Origin: Malacoraja senta
Lineage: Eukaryota
Direction: 5' to 3'
DNA: 32,388 bases
Assembly (NCBI GenBank): GCA_038087875.1
Contig: JAXLNO010000417.1
Coordinates: 1 to 32,388, forward strand
Shown: piece after piece, positions 1 to 11,404 of the stretch
How the letters are laid out: each line of letters starts with the position of its first letter
How positions within the stretch are numbered: the first letter of the stretch is position 1
Notes under the pieces: model-generated
What the model was told of the DNA's origin: nothing
What the model saw: the letters and a program-made list of their open reading frames with translations, nothing else
Database searches by the model: none
Position numbers and translations under genes: made by a program

Positions 1-49
1 AATGGCGATGATTCGGGCCCTTGACCCTTCTTCAGACTGAGAGTAAGGG

Positions 50-785
50 GACAGTTTCTTACCCAGCTGCAACCGAACCTTCCTATCACCAACCAGAGAG
101 CGGTCCTCACCTACCTTCTAGCTTCTTCTTCTTCTTGAACATAAATAAACCAAAGGAATAGTTAGACCTTCTAGCTGCGACCTCACTGGAGACCCTTGGT
201 CCCACTTCAATTGGACTTGACTGGGACTCTAGCTGGCACTAAACTTTATACCCTGTATCCTGTATCTGTACACTGTGGACAGCTTGATTATAATCATATG
301 AGTTTAGAAGGATGAGAGGGAATTCTCATTGAAACATATAAAATTGTTAAGGGCTTGGACACGCTGGAGGCAGGAAACATGTTCCCGATGTTGGGGGAGT
401 CCAGAACCAGGGGCCACAGTTTAAGAATAAGGAGTAAGCCATTTAGAGCCGAGATGAGGAAACACTTTTTCTCACAGAGAGTGGTGAGTCTGTGGAATTC
501 TCTGCCTCAGAGGGCGGTGGAGGCCGGTTCGCTGGATGCTTTCAAGAGAGAGCTAGATAGGGCTCTTAAAGATAGCGGAGTCAAGGGGTATGGGGAGAAG
601 GCAGGAACGGGGTACTGATTGGGGATGATCAGCCATGATCACATTGAATGGCGGTGCTGGCTCGATGGGCCAAATGGCCTACTCCTGCACCTATTGTCTA
701 TTGTAATCTTTCCGCTGACTGGACAGCATGCAACAAGAAAGCTTTTTGCTGTACCTCAGCACACGCGACAGTAAACTAAACTAAA
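50..785 (+). mobile_element. Rex1/Babar-like LINE 3' end with (TAAAC)n tail, interrupted by a 42-bp insert (124-165) and a CR1 fragment (about 300-703)
   Basis: Same 3' UTR family as 6773-7051(-), 8468-8870(-) and 16695-17246; ends gtaaactaaactaaa. Confidence 0.65.
300..703 (+). mobile_element. CR1-type LINE 3' fragment (ORF2 C-terminus and 3' UTR)
   Basis: ORF 355-618 contains TRGHSLRI...FFSQRVVSLWNSLP...FKRELD, the typical CR1 ORF2 C-terminus; (CTATTGT)n tail. Confidence 0.9.
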
Positions 786-792
786 GTGAGAT

Positions 793-1235
793 ATGCTGGA
801 GTAACTCAGCGGGACAGGCAGCATCTCTGGATAGATGGCATGGGTGACGCTCTGGGTCGAGACCCTTCTTCAGAATAGAAGGGTCTCAACCCGAAACATC
901 ACCCATTCCTTCTCTCCAGAGATGCTGCCTGTCCCGCTGAGTTAAGGGCCTGTCCCACTTGGTGATTTTTTTCGGCGACTGCCGGCATCATTGACTGACG
1001 TATCGGGTCCCCGACAAAGTCGGGGCGCGACGACGTATTGACGTGCGGTGTCTCCTCAAGTATCGCAACTTTTTTTTGTCGCCGCTGGATATCGAAACAT
1101 TCAAAATCTTTCGCCGACCCTGATATGTCAGTCAATGACGCCGGCAGTTGCCAAAAAAATCGGCAAGTGGGACAGTCCCTTAACTCGAGCATTTTCTGTC
1201 TACGGTGTAAACTGGCATCTGCAGTTCCTTGTCTA
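793..1235. mobile_element. PLE terminal fold-back element carrying a Harbinger-type MITE
   Basis: Inverted copies of tgctggagtaactcagcgggacaggcagcatctctgga and its complement, with hammerhead-derived gggtcgagacccttcttcag in the centre. Confidence 0.75.
945..1180. mobile_element. PIF/Harbinger-type MITE, internal family A
   Basis: TIRs AGGGCCTGTCCCACTTG and CAAGTGGGACAGTCCCT, long subterminal inverted repeats, flanks TTA and TAA. Confidence 0.75.
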
Positions 1236-1274
1236 TGAAGGAACTGCAGATGCCGGTTTACATAGATACATACA

Positions 1275-1640
1275 TAGAAAATAGGTGCAGGAGTAGGCCA
1301 TTCGGCCTTCGAGCCTGCACCGCCATTCAATATGATCATGGCTGATCACCCAACTCAGTATCCCGTACCTGCCTTCTCTCCATACCCCCCTGATCCCTTT
1401 AGCCACAAGGGCCACATCTAACTCCCTCTTAAATATAGCCAATGAACTGGCCTCAACTACCTTCTGTGGCAGAGAGTTCCAGAGATTCACCACTCTCTGT
1501 GTGAAAAAGCTTTTTCTCATCTCGGTCTTAAAGGATTTCCCCCTTATCCTTAAGCTTGTGACCCCTTGTCCTGGACTTCCCCAACATCGGGAACAATCTT
1601 ACTGCATCTAGCCTGTCCAACGCCATAAGAATTTTTGTAA
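1275..1640 (-). mobile_element. CR1-type LINE 3' fragment
   Basis: ORF 1233-1520(-) reads MRKSFFTQRVVNLWNSLPQ...FKRELD. Confidence 0.88.
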
Positions 1641-1870
1641 GTTTAAACCAAAGATTGACACAAAATGCTGAAGTAACTCAGTGGGACACGCAGCATCTCT
1701 GGAGAGGTGATTTCTCACACCTTGCCCTTCCTTATCTCTAGCCTCCCTCTCCCCCCCGGACTCTCAGGTCTGAAGAAGGGTCTCGACCCGAAACGTCGCC
1801 CATTCCTTCTCTCCGGAGATGCTGCCTGCCTGCCTGTCCCGCTGAGTTACTCCAGCATTTTGTGTCTGTC
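1641..1870. mobile_element. PLE terminus with an intact minimal hammerhead core (1767-1800)
   Basis: GGT-CTGAAGA-A-GGGT-CTCG-ACCC-GAAA-CG-TC-GCC within a fold-back PLE terminus. Confidence 0.75.
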
Positions 1871-2359
1871 TGCAGAGAAGGCAAAGTGGGAATTCTGTAC
1901 ATCGGTCGTGTTGTGAAATCTTATTGGAATGTGCGGAGAACAGATACCGGGTGTGTTCTGCTGTTCAGTGCTTTGCATGTAGCCGAGATGGACTTAACTG
2001 TTGTAACTCCATCCGTCACAAATAGAGGCCTTGAGTCACAGTATCCCGCCTGCGTGCAGCTTGGACCGTCTCAGAAATGAAATGTATACACAGTGTCACT
2101 GGTTTTTCCATGAACCTATTAATATACACCGACTATTGATTTAAGTGGCAGCCCCACGTTCCGTTCAAACGCTGCAGGAATCCAGGTCCAATCGCCAACT
2201 TGCACATTTGAGCTCGGCCCACCCAGGGGAGCGGAGGCGGAGAGCCCCACCAGAAGCAACTGCACTGAAAATCCTCGTAATCTTATCAGCGGAGATGGAT
2301 CTGTGGGTTTCAGTGTATCTCCAGGCGTGCTTTACGCGCTGAGTTTTTGATCCTTTATC

Positions 2360-3046
2360 ACTGGGCCTGTACTCGCTGCAGTTTAGAAGGATGGGGAGGG
2401 GGGGGGGGGGGGGAATGCTTGAGTTAAGGGCCTGTCCCACTTACCGAATAGTGAAAGGCCTGGATGGAGTGGATGTGGAGAGGATGTTTCCACTAGTGGG
2501 AGAGTCTAAGACCAGAGGGTATAGGACGTCAGAACTGAGGAACATTCCTTTAGGAAGGAGATGAGGAGGAATTTCTTTAGTCACAGGTAGAACTCATTGC
2601 CACAGACGGCTGTGGAGGCCAAGTCAGTGGATATTTTTAAGGCAGAGATAGATAGGTTCTCGATTAGTATGGGTGTCAGAGGTTATGGGGAGAAGGCAGG
2701 AGAAGGTGGTTAGGCGGGAGAGATTGATCAGCCATGATTGAATGGCAGGGTGGGCTTGATGGGCCGAATGGCTTTGTTCTGCTCCGAACACTTATGAACC
2801 GTGTGGCATTCTCCCTTGTGGAATTTGTGGAATTCTCTGCCACAGAAGGCAGTGGAGGCCAATTCACTAGATGAATTTAAAAGAGAGTTAGATAGAGCTC
2901 TAGGGGCTAGTGGGATCAAGGGGATATGGGGAGAAGGCAGGCACGGGTTACTGATTGTGGATGATCAGCCATGATCACAATGAATGGCGGGTGCTGGCTC
3001 GAAGGGCCGAATGGCCTCCTCCTGCACCTATTGTCTATGTTTCTAT
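2360..3046 (+). mobile_element. Two tandem CR1-type LINE 3' fragments (about 2360-2795 and 2815-3046), with an orphan MITE TIR at 2427-2442
   Basis: Each has tgccacaga...ggaggcca...ttaa and a 3' UTR with gatcagccatga...gaatggc...gggccgaatggc. Confidence 0.85.
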
Positions 3047-3494
3047 GAGCTTATGAAAGTTGATGCAAGTTACAGATACCTTCCTTGTGCAGTGATGAGG
3101 ATGGGCTCAACAGCCAAGTGTCATTTGCCGTAACTGTACCCAAACAGCTGTCTTTGTACTCGACACATCCAACTTGTTTTTTGACTGCTCCTTAATGTCT
3201 CTCTGGTCTACAAAACAATTATCGCGGTCCTGAGCTGCAGGGAGCAGAAAAGGCACAAAAGTGCTGGAGTACCTCAGCGGGTCAGGCAGCATCTCTGGAG
3301 AACGTGGATTGGCGACGTAACGAGTCAGGGCCCTTCTTTAGCAATGTAGGGAGAGGTTAGACAGACTGGGACTTTATTCCTTGGAGCACAGGAGGCTGAG
3401 GGGTGATCTTATAGAGGTGTACAAAATCACGAGGGGAATAGCTAGCGCGAGTGCACAGTGTCCTTCACCCCGAGAAGGGGAATCAAGGACCAGA

Positions 3495-4524
3495 TGTTTA
3501 CCGACAGACAGGAAGTGACACAGCTGGCATCCTGGTCCCCTCGTGACAACCTGGAGCTCAATGCTCTTAAGACGGTGGAATTGATAGTAGGCTTTAGGAG
3601 AGCTCCCCCTCCCCTCACCCCACTCACCATCAACAACAACACAGGTGGACAAAAATGCTGGAGAAACTCAGCCGGTGAGGCAGCACCTATGGAGCGAAGG
3701 AATAGGAAACGTCACCTATTCCTTCGCTCCACAGATGCTGCCTCACCCGCTGAGTTTCTCCAGCATTTTTGTCTACCTTCGATTTTTCCAGCATCTGCAG
3801 TTCTTTCTTAAACATCAACAACACCACAGTCATATCTGTGGAGCCTTTTAAGTTCCTTGGAACCATCATCTCCAAGGACCTGAAATGGGGGGCCACCATC
3901 GACTCCACAGTCAAAAAGGCCCAACAGAGGATGTACTTCCTGCGGCAGCTGAGGAAGCACAATCTGCCACAGGCAATGATGGTCCAATTCTACACGGCCA
4001 TCGTAGAGTCTGTCCTCACCTTCTCCATCATGGTCTGGTTTGGCTCAGCCACCAAGCACGACACCTGGAGGCTGCAGCGAATCGTTCGATCAGCTGAGAA
4101 GGTTATTGGCTGCAACCTTCCCTCCATTGATGAACTGTACACTGCAAGGGCCAGGAAGCGAGCGGGTAAGATCATCTCTGACCCCTCTCACTCTGGCCAC
4201 AAACTCTTTGAAGCACATCCCTCTGGAAGGCGACTCTGGACTGTGTAAGCCGCCACAGCCAGACATAAAAACAGCTTTTTTTCCACGAGCTCTACTCAAT
4301 AACCAAAAGTCTGTAGCCTCCTTTTACTCTAGTATTTTGTTTCATTCACATGTTTAAACTGCAATGTTTAATTATTAATGTTTCAATATTTAATGTTTTA
4401 TTCTTAATTGTTTACTGTATGTCGTGTTGTTACTTGTGAGCGGAGCACCAAGGCGAATTCCTTGTATGTGAATACTTGGCCAATAAACCTATTCATTCAT
4501 TCATTCTTTCATCATTCATTCATT
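3495..4524 (+). mobile_element. Rex1/Babar-like non-LTR retrotransposon, 5'-truncated (RT C-terminal region, 3' UTR, (ATTC)n tail)
   Basis: ORFs read NLELNALKTVELIVGFRR...FKFLGTIISKDLKW...VKKAQQRMYFLRQLRK...FYTAIVESVLT...IISDPSHSGHKLF...PSGRR; microsatellite tail at 4490-4524. Confidence 0.85.
3644..3812. mobile_element. PLE-derived fold-back mini-element inserted in the Rex1-like ORF
   Basis: Flanked by CATCAACAACAACACA (3628-3643) and CATCAACAACACCACA (3813-3828), a 16-bp duplication with 1 mismatch; arms are inverted repeats. Confidence 0.8.
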
Positions 4525-4907
4525 AAGGCGAGAGGGGTAAGATCAGTCTGAAGAAGAGTCTTGACCCGAAAGGTCACCCATTCCTTCTCTCCAGAGGTGC
4601 TGCCTGACCCGCTGAGTTACTCCAGCATTTTGTGTCTTTCTTTGGTGTAAACTATTTCCTTCCGACACATGATGTGCAGGTAGATGGGATTAGCGTACCT
4701 TGTCATGATGTTCGGCACCGACATTGCTGCTCCTGTTCTATGTTCTATGTTTTGCAGATTTGCTTTCTTCTACTATTAAAGCAGTTCGGTTATAAGAAAG
4801 TGGAGCCTGTGTATTTTATGTACAGGAAATATCCTCATTTAAAACGATGCTAAATTATTTCTGCGCTTTGCATTGAAGGTAAAATAACTCTGGATATTCT
4901 GTTGCAG

Positions 4908-4965
4908 GGGTCGGTTGGTGAATTTGGCAGGCAAGGATACAGTGAAGAACAATATCCTTTAGAAG
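4908..4965 (+). CDS. NKD1: NKD1 internal coding exon (58 nt, phase 0 in, phase 1 out): GSVGEFGRQGYSEEQYPLE(V)
   Basis: Acceptor ttctgttgcag at 4897-4907 and donor GTAAAT at 4966. The terminal G joins TT of the next exon to give GTT (Val), rebuilding the ...LE-VALPPE junction I recall from vertebrate NKD1. Not in the ORF track because it is too short. Confidence 0.8.
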
Positions 4966-5260
4966 GTAAATATTAATATTAAGATTGTGGATGATCAGCC
5001 ATGATCACATTGAATGGCGGTGCTGGCTCGAAGGGCCGAATGGCCTACTCCTGCACCTATTGTCTATTGTCTATTGTCTAATAGTTAGTAAGGAGAAATA
5101 AATAGGATTTTGTTTTTGTTGCAAATCCCATGGTTACCGGTTGATTCATGTGTTCTGAGCCTGTGGTTCACTTAACAAATGTCAGAGCAGGCAAGAGGAA
5201 TTAATTTTTCCGTTTGTTTATCTGCAAACTTTGCAGAGAAGTTAAAATCTAGAAGAATTA

Positions 5261-5580
5261 GGGTGGCGCAGCGGTAGAGTTGCTGCCATACAGCGCTTAC
5301 CAGCGCCAGAGACCCGGGTTTCGACCCTGACTACAGGTGCTTTATGCATGGAGTTTGTACGTTCTCCCCGTGACCTGCGTGGGTTTTCTCCAGGAGCTCC
5401 GGTTTCCTCCCACACTCCAAAGACGTACAGATTTGTAAGTTAATTGGCTTGGTATAAATGGAAATTGTCCCTAGTGTGTGTTGGATAGTGTTAATGCGCG
5501 GGGATCGCTGGTCGGTGCGGGCTCGGTGGTCCGTAAGGCCTGTTTCCGCGCTGTATCTCTGAACTAATCTAAACTAAAAC
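5261..5580 (+). mobile_element. tRNA-derived SINE (HE1/V-SINE-like), full length
   Basis: Box A-like GGTGGCGCAGCGG, box B-like GGGTTTCGACCC, central ggagtttgtacgttctccccgtg...ggtttcctcccacactccaaaga, (CTAAA)n tail. Confidence 0.88.
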
Positions 5581-5647
5581 TAGCATTAGGGTTGAATTTA
5601 CCAATGAATTGGCAAATATTCTGTCTTTAGCTTCTTTGTAGAAGTTA

Positions 5648-5960
5648 CAGACTCTCCCCTACTTACGCAGTAGTCGCCTTGCGTAAACCCGCGCTTACGT
5701 ACACGGTTCTGTACGCAGTCCCCAGTGCGATCAAGGTGTTTGTAATTTCCACAACTACCAATCAATTTTACATCGGAAAGAAGCCGGCAATGGCGGCAGT
5801 GCTTACCCAGAAGGCCATGCGCCGCAGAAAGTGTCCTGGACGCTGCTGGGCGCCCGCTGAGACGGTTCGTACTCTCAGTGAGGTATTCTGGGCAGGGGAT
5901 GGGGACTTACGTAAGACCCAACACGGAACGCACCCCCTTACATAAATCAGGGAGTGCCTG
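5648..5960. mobile_element. Non-autonomous Tc1/mariner (pogo/Tigger-like) DNA element
   Basis: TA at 5646-5647 and 5961-5962; degenerate TIRs CAGACTCTCCCCTACTTACG and CATAAATCAGGGAGTGCCTG. Confidence 0.7.
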
Positions 5961-5977
5961 TATCATTCAAAGTTTAT

Positions 5978-6274
5978 TAGTTTACTTTAGAGATACAGCG
6001 CGGGAACAGGCCCTTCGGCCCACCGAGTCCGTGCTCGACCAGCGATCCCCAGCACACCAACACTACCCTACACACGCTAGGGGCAATGTACAATTACACC
6101 AAGCCAATTGAGCTACAAACCTGCGCATCTTTGGAGTTTGGAGGAAACTAAAGTTCTCGGGGGAAACGCACGCAGGTCTCGGGGAGAATGTACAAACTCC
6201 GTACAGACAGCACCCGTAGTCGGGATCGAACCCGGGTCTCTGGCGCTGTGAGGCAGCAACTCTACCGCTGCACC
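5978..6274 (-). mobile_element. tRNA-derived SINE, full length
   Basis: Reverse complement of the 5261-5580 family. Confidence 0.88.
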
Positions 6275-6625
6275 AATGGTGCTTTATATGTCTTGCGAGT
6301 GTCTTATTTTGTCTTGTCATGTCTTGCAGAATGTCAGCAGTATTTTTTTCAGCGAATAAGTTACACTTTTCACGATGTTATGCATTATGGGACAGGAAAA
6401 CTTAAAGCAAATATTTTATCACTTTTTAAACAACAAACATTGGTTGTTAGATTAAAAATGCTGGAGAAACTCAGCGGGTGAGGCAGCATCTATGGAGAGA
6501 AGGAATTGGCGACGTTTCGGGTCGAGACCCTTCTTTAAATGACAAAAAAAAAGCTCTTTAAAACGAAGGCCAGATAATGTTTGCTACAAATGTGCATCAT
6601 AACCTCGCACACTGTTGTTGAGGTG

Positions 6626-6757
6626 GCTGAAGAAGGGTTTCGGCCCGAAACGTTGCCTATTTCCTTCGCTCCATAGATGCTGCCGCACCGCTGAGTTTCT
6701 CCAGCATTTTTGTGTACCTTTGATTTTCCAGCATCTGCAGTTCCTTCTTAAATAAAT
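6626..6757 (+). mobile_element. PLE terminal fragment starting at the hammerhead core, with a 14-bp TSD
   Basis: CTGTTGTTGAGGTG at 6612-6625 and 6758-6771; CTGAAGAAGGGTTTCGGCCCGAAACGTT at 6627. Confidence 0.8.
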
Positions 6758-6772
6758 CTGTTGTTGAGGTGT

Positions 6773-7051
6773 TTCAGTTCAGTTCAGTTTATTGTCACGT
6801 GTACTGAGGTACAGTGAAAAACGTTTGTTGCGCGCTATCCAGTTAGTGGAAAGACAATACATGATTACAATCGAGCTATTTACAGTGTGTAGATACATGA
6901 TAAGGGAATAACGTTTAGTGCAAGGTAAAGCCAGCAAAGTCCGATCAAGGATAGTCCGAGGGTCATCAATAAGGTAGATAGTAGTTCAGGACCGCTCTCT
7001 GGTTGTGGTAGGATGGTTCAGTTACCTGATAACAGCTGGGAAGAAACTGTC
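6773..7051 (-). mobile_element. Rex1/Babar-like LINE 3' end
   Basis: The - strand encodes DSFFPAVIR*LN followed by the 3' UTR and a (TGAAC)n tail. Confidence 0.7.
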
Positions 7052-7290
7052 ATCACAAGGTGGTGAATGTGTGGAATTCTTTGCCACATGTGGCTATGGA
7101 GGCCAAGTCAGTGGATATTTCTAAGGCAGAGATAGATAGATTCTTGATTAGTACAGGTGTCAGAGGTTATGGGAAGAAGGTGGGAGAATGGGGTTAGGAG
7201 GGAGAGATAGATCAGCCATGATTGAATGGCGGAGTGGACTCGAGGGGCCGATTGGCCTAATTCTGCTCCTATCACTTATGATCTTATGAT
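7052..7290 (+). mobile_element. CR1-type LINE 3' fragment
   Basis: gtggtgaatgtgtggaattctttgcca...; 3' UTR with a (CTTATGAT)n tail. Confidence 0.85.
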
Positions 7291-7699
7291 ACCCGAATCT
7301 GGGAGAGTGCGTTTTCACACGTCTGTACCTTTCGCCCGATGGGAGAGGGGAAAAGAGGGAGTGGCCAGGCTGCGACTGGTCCTTGATTATGCTGCCGGCC
7401 TTGCCGAGGTGATGAAACTGTATCAGATATTTTGAGCGTAGGATTTCCTTATTGCTGGAAATATGAATTTGTTTGATTGATGTTTCTGTGTAGTGGCGGC
7501 TTCGACTAAATATAGTTGAGCCGATATTTCAACAGCAGTGTAGAATCTGAAGAGCGGGAGTTTAACGCTCTTTTATCCCACCATGCTTGTCTCTCTGATC
7601 TCTCTTTGCTGCTTGGAACAGAAGCTTCATTGTGGGATTAAGTAAATCCCTGCAAACAGTTTAATTGTGAAGAGGGGAAACGCATGACGATATTGACTT

Positions 7700-8410
7700 G
7701 AGCGTAGAGAAGATTTATGGGGATGTTGCCAGGACTTGAGGGCCTGTGCCATATGGGGAGGTTGGGCAGGCGAGGACGTTATTCCTTGGAACGCAAGAGG
7801 CCGAGGGGTGATCTTATCGAGGTGTATAAGATAACGAGGGGAATAGTTAAGTAATGGGCCTGTCCCACTTGGCGATTTTTTTCGGCGACTGCCGGCGTCA
7901 TATCAGTGTCGCCAAAAGTTTTTGAACGTTTCAAAATCCAGCGGCGACAAAAAAAATGTTGCGACACTTGAAAAAAGTGGCAATACGTCATCACGCCGCG
8001 TCACGCCGCTAATTTTTCGGTGACTTGATTCGCCAGTCAATGATGCCGGCAGTCGCCGAAAAAATCAGCAAGTGGGACAGGCCCTTTAGATGCACAGTGT
8101 CTTTTGCCCAGAGTATGGGGTATTGAGAACAGGAGGACATAGGTTTAGGTGGGGCATGAAAGATTTAACAGGAGTCTGAGGGGCAACTGTTTGATACAGA
8201 GGGTGGTGGGTTTATGGAACGAGCTGCCAGAGGAGGTGGTTGAGGCGGATACTATCAAAACATTTAAAAGACATTTGGACAGGTAAACGGATACGACCGG
8301 TTGAGGGGGATATGGGCCAAACGCAGGCAGGTGGGACTAGTGTAGATGGGGCACATTGGTCGGCATTGACAAGTTGGGCCGAAGGGCCTCTTTCCATGCT
8401 GTGACTCTTA
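7700..8410 (+). mobile_element. CR1-type (HER1-like) LINE 3' fragment interrupted by a MITE
   Basis: Degenerate QRRF..MLPGL...RGDLIEVYKI...QRVVG.WNELP; the 3' end gggccgaagggcct..ttcc..gctgt is shared with the SINE tails. Confidence 0.8.
7855..8085. mobile_element. PIF/Harbinger-type MITE, family A (opposite orientation to 945-1180)
   Basis: TGGGCCTGTCCCACTTGGCGATTTTTTTCGGCGACTGCCGGC and its inverted copy ending AAGTGGGACAGGCCCT; flanks TAA and TTA. Confidence 0.78.
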
Positions 8411-8467
8411 ACGATCCCAAATGGAAGAAGAAGTAATGTTTTTGTCATTGATCGCAGCTATTCGCAG

Positions 8468-8870
8468 TTTCGTTTATTGTCACGTGTACCGAGGTACAGT
8501 GAAAAGCTTTTGTTGCGTGCTTATCCAATCAGCGGAATGACAATACATGATTCCAATCGAGCCATTTGCAGAGTACAGATACATGATAAGGGAGTAACGT
8601 TTAGTGCAAGGTAAAGCCAGCAAAGTCCGATCAAAGATAATTAGAAAATGCTGGAGAAACTCAGCGGGTGAGGCAGCATCTATGGAGCGAAGGAATAGGT
8701 GATGTTTCGGGTCGAGACTCTTCTTCAGGCTGATGTGGAGGTCAGGGGGGGGGGGGGGGGCGGGAAGAAGAAAGGAAGAGGCGGTGGGAGAGCTGGGAAG
8801 GGGAGGAGGGAGAAAGGATAGTCCGAGGGTCACCAAAGAGGTAGATAGTAGCTCAGCACTGATCTCTGGT
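8468..8870 (-). mobile_element. Rex1/Babar-like 3' UTR interrupted by a PLE terminus (about 8645-8815, - strand)
   Basis: Matches 6773-7051; the PLE part contains gatgtttcgggtcgagactcttcttcag and a purine-rich tract. Confidence 0.7.
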
Positions 8871-9162
8871 TATGATTGGGCTTCCTGGGGTTAAGTTGCA
8901 GCCCGTGAGATTGTAAGTGTTGATCAAACAGCGGGATGTGTTTCATGTGGTGTAGGTGCTGCAACTGTCAGCGTCCGTCTCGGTTACAGTCAGGGTGATA
9001 CATGATGGGACAGGTGGGGTATTCCGATAGTGAATCTTTCCAGTCCTGTCAGTATGTGGGGAATGCGAGAGGCAGACTTCAATGGCCTGGGCGCGCGGGC
9101 TCCACCGGCCCTCCATCTCCAGGGAAGAAGCAAAGGTCAAGGATTTTATCTTACCAAATAGA

Positions 9163-9605
9163 CACGGTGGCGCAGCGGTAGAGTTGCTGCCTCACGGCGC
9201 CAGAGACCCGGGTTCCATCCCGCCCACGAGAGCCGTCTGCGCGGAGTTTGTACGCTCTCCCCGTGACCTGCGTGGGTTTTCTCCGGGATCTCCGGTTTCC
9301 TCCCACGCTCCAAAAACATGCAGGTTTGTAGGTTAATTGGCTTGGTGTAAATGTAAAATTGTCCCTAGTGTGCGTAGGGGAGCGTTAGTGTGCGCGCGCC
9401 CGCACAATTTACATTTGCACGTAGCCCATTAACCTACAAAACTGCATGTCTTTGGAGTGTGGGAGGGGGCCGAAGACCCCGGATAAAACCCACGCAGGTT
9501 ACGGGGAGAACGTACAGACAAGCACCCGTAGTCGGGATCGAACCCGAATCTCTGGCGCTGTAACTAAGGCGGCAACTCTACCGCAGCGCCACCTGCCGTG
9601 CCGTG
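9163..9605. mobile_element. Tail-to-tail inverted pair of tRNA-derived SINEs (+ 9163-9393, - 9403-9605)
   Basis: tRNA-like heads at both outer ends; both lack the LINE-derived tail and are joined at gcgcgcgcccgc. Confidence 0.8.
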
Positions 9606-9898
9606 CCGCCCTTTTAAAGTGTTATTTTAAAACTTAAGACTTCATTCTTGTTGCAGTCCTACACAGCGTGTATGCAGAAAGTTAATCTGGCACATTAGGG
9701 CCAAGTACTAAAACCGGTGCCAAATTGGCTGGAGTTGAACCACATATTCTCCATCTCTGTGATCTCCAAAAGCTCTTCACAGTAATACAAGGCACGCACC
9801 ATCACAGCCCTTTCTAATGTCAGATCAAACCAGGCTGGATTCTTCTAAACAACTCCAAACAGCAACACAGAGGTAAATACTGTAAGGGGATTCATCAC

Positions 9899-10465
9899 CC
9901 GGTGGCGCAGCGATAGAGCTGCTGCCTTACAGCGCCGGGTTTGATCCCGATTACGGGCGCTTTCTATACGGAGTTTGTACGTTCTCCCTGTGACTTGCGC
10001 GGGTTTTTCTCCGAGTTCTTCGGTTTCCTCCCACACTCCAAAGACGTACAGGTTTGTAGGTTAATTGGATTGGATATCAATGTAAATTGTCCCCAGTGTG
10101 GGTGGGATCAGATGTATGGGGTCATAAGGAATAGGAGTAGAATTAGGCCATTCGGCTCATCATGTCTACTCCGTCATTCAATCATCGCCGGTCTATCTCT
10201 CCCTCCTAACCTCATTCTCCTGCCTTCTCCCCATAACCTCTGACACCCGCACTAATCAAGAATCTATCTATCTCTGCCTTAAAGATATCCACTGACTTGT
10301 CCTCCACAGCCTTCTGTGGAAATGAGTTCCGCAGATTCACCCACCCCCTGACCAAATATATTTCTCTCCATCTCCTTCCTAAAAGAACGTCCATTGAGGA
10401 GATCGCTGGTTGGTGCGGACTCGGTGGGCCGAAGGGCCTGTTTAAACTGTATCTCCAAACTAAAA
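9899..10465 (+). mobile_element. tRNA-derived SINE interrupted by a CR1 3' fragment (about 10122-10392, - strand)
   Basis: Head at 9899; the tail gatcgctggttggtgcggactcggtgggccgaagggcctg resumes near 10400. Confidence 0.8.
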
Positions 10466-10469
10466 AAAG

Positions 10470-10710
10470 GTGGCCGATCTCTACCTCATCGTGACTTCCG
10501 CGGCCGATCAGCGGGTGGAACTCCGTTCCCGTAGCCGACTTCCGAGGCCGACTCTGCCGGACGGTATCTCCCCCCCCCCCAGCGGCCTAGGCAGAACATT
10601 CCGGTACCTTTGGACTCCTCTCGGAGGCCGTGACCTCTGTTGGTCCGGCAAAACGGATAATTCGGCAAGGCTCTGGAACCAAGGGTGCCGGAAAATCGGT
10701 GGTGGACCCG
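10470..10710. mobile_element. Right end of a pogo/Tigger-like DNA element, CpG-rich
   Basis: Ends ...CCGGAAAATCGGTGGTGGACCCG followed by TA; I found no matching left TIR. Confidence 0.5.
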
Positions 10711-11404
10711 TATAACATTGCCTCACAGCTGAATAGAGCTTTCTGCCAGGATACTAACTATATCCTGAGACCCGAAACATCACCTATTCCTTCTCTCCAG
10801 AGATGCTGCCTGTCCCGCTGAGTTACTCCAGCATTTTGTGTCTATCTTTGATTTAAACCAGCATCTGCAGTTCCTCCCGAAGCAAAACTCTTATCTGCCT
10901 GCCAACTCTATGTGTGCTCGACATCGAGCTGGGCCTGCACTCGCGCGTTACAATCACTCCCCTTTTTAAAATCTCCACTCCGCTGTACACGTATTGTCTT
11001 TCTGCTGACGGGTTGGCACGTAACAAACGCTTTTCACTGTACCTCGGTGACGCACGTGACAATAAACAAAACTAAACTAAACTGCACGTAGTCCACAATC
11101 CCACCATTTCCCTGCGTATCCATGTGCCTGTCCAAAAAATCTCTTCAACGCCACTATCGTATCTGCCTCCACCACCACCCTTGGCGGGGCGGGAGATTGC
11201 AACCTTCACGTGGTCCACCCTGTTTCGACGAATGCAACCAACCCGACGTACACAAACAAGATCAAGTAAGAAACGTTGCTGTCGGAGTAGAGATCTAAGA
11301 ACGTGGAGCGATTGTGACGTGTGAGATCTGCTTCTGTGGCTAGTGCGCAAATACTCGCATTGGTCAGGCACCATCTTGCCAGTGGAGATGGGTGGGGGGG
11401 GGAT

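Noticed and set aside
942..1183. TTAA-duplicating (piggyBac or Kolobok) assignment for the GGGCCTGTCCCACT elements
   Set aside because: TTAA flanks appear on both sides only in this copy; reconstructing the PLE target and the other copies fits a 3-bp TWA duplication better.
2100..2345. GC-rich unique stretch as an exon or enhancer
   Set aside because: No consistent splice pair, no NKD1 similarity and no motif cluster I can defend from sequence alone.
5261..5335. tRNA genes at SINE heads (here and in other copies)
   Set aside because: They have A/B-box-like motifs but no complete cloverleaf, and they continue into SINE body and tail.
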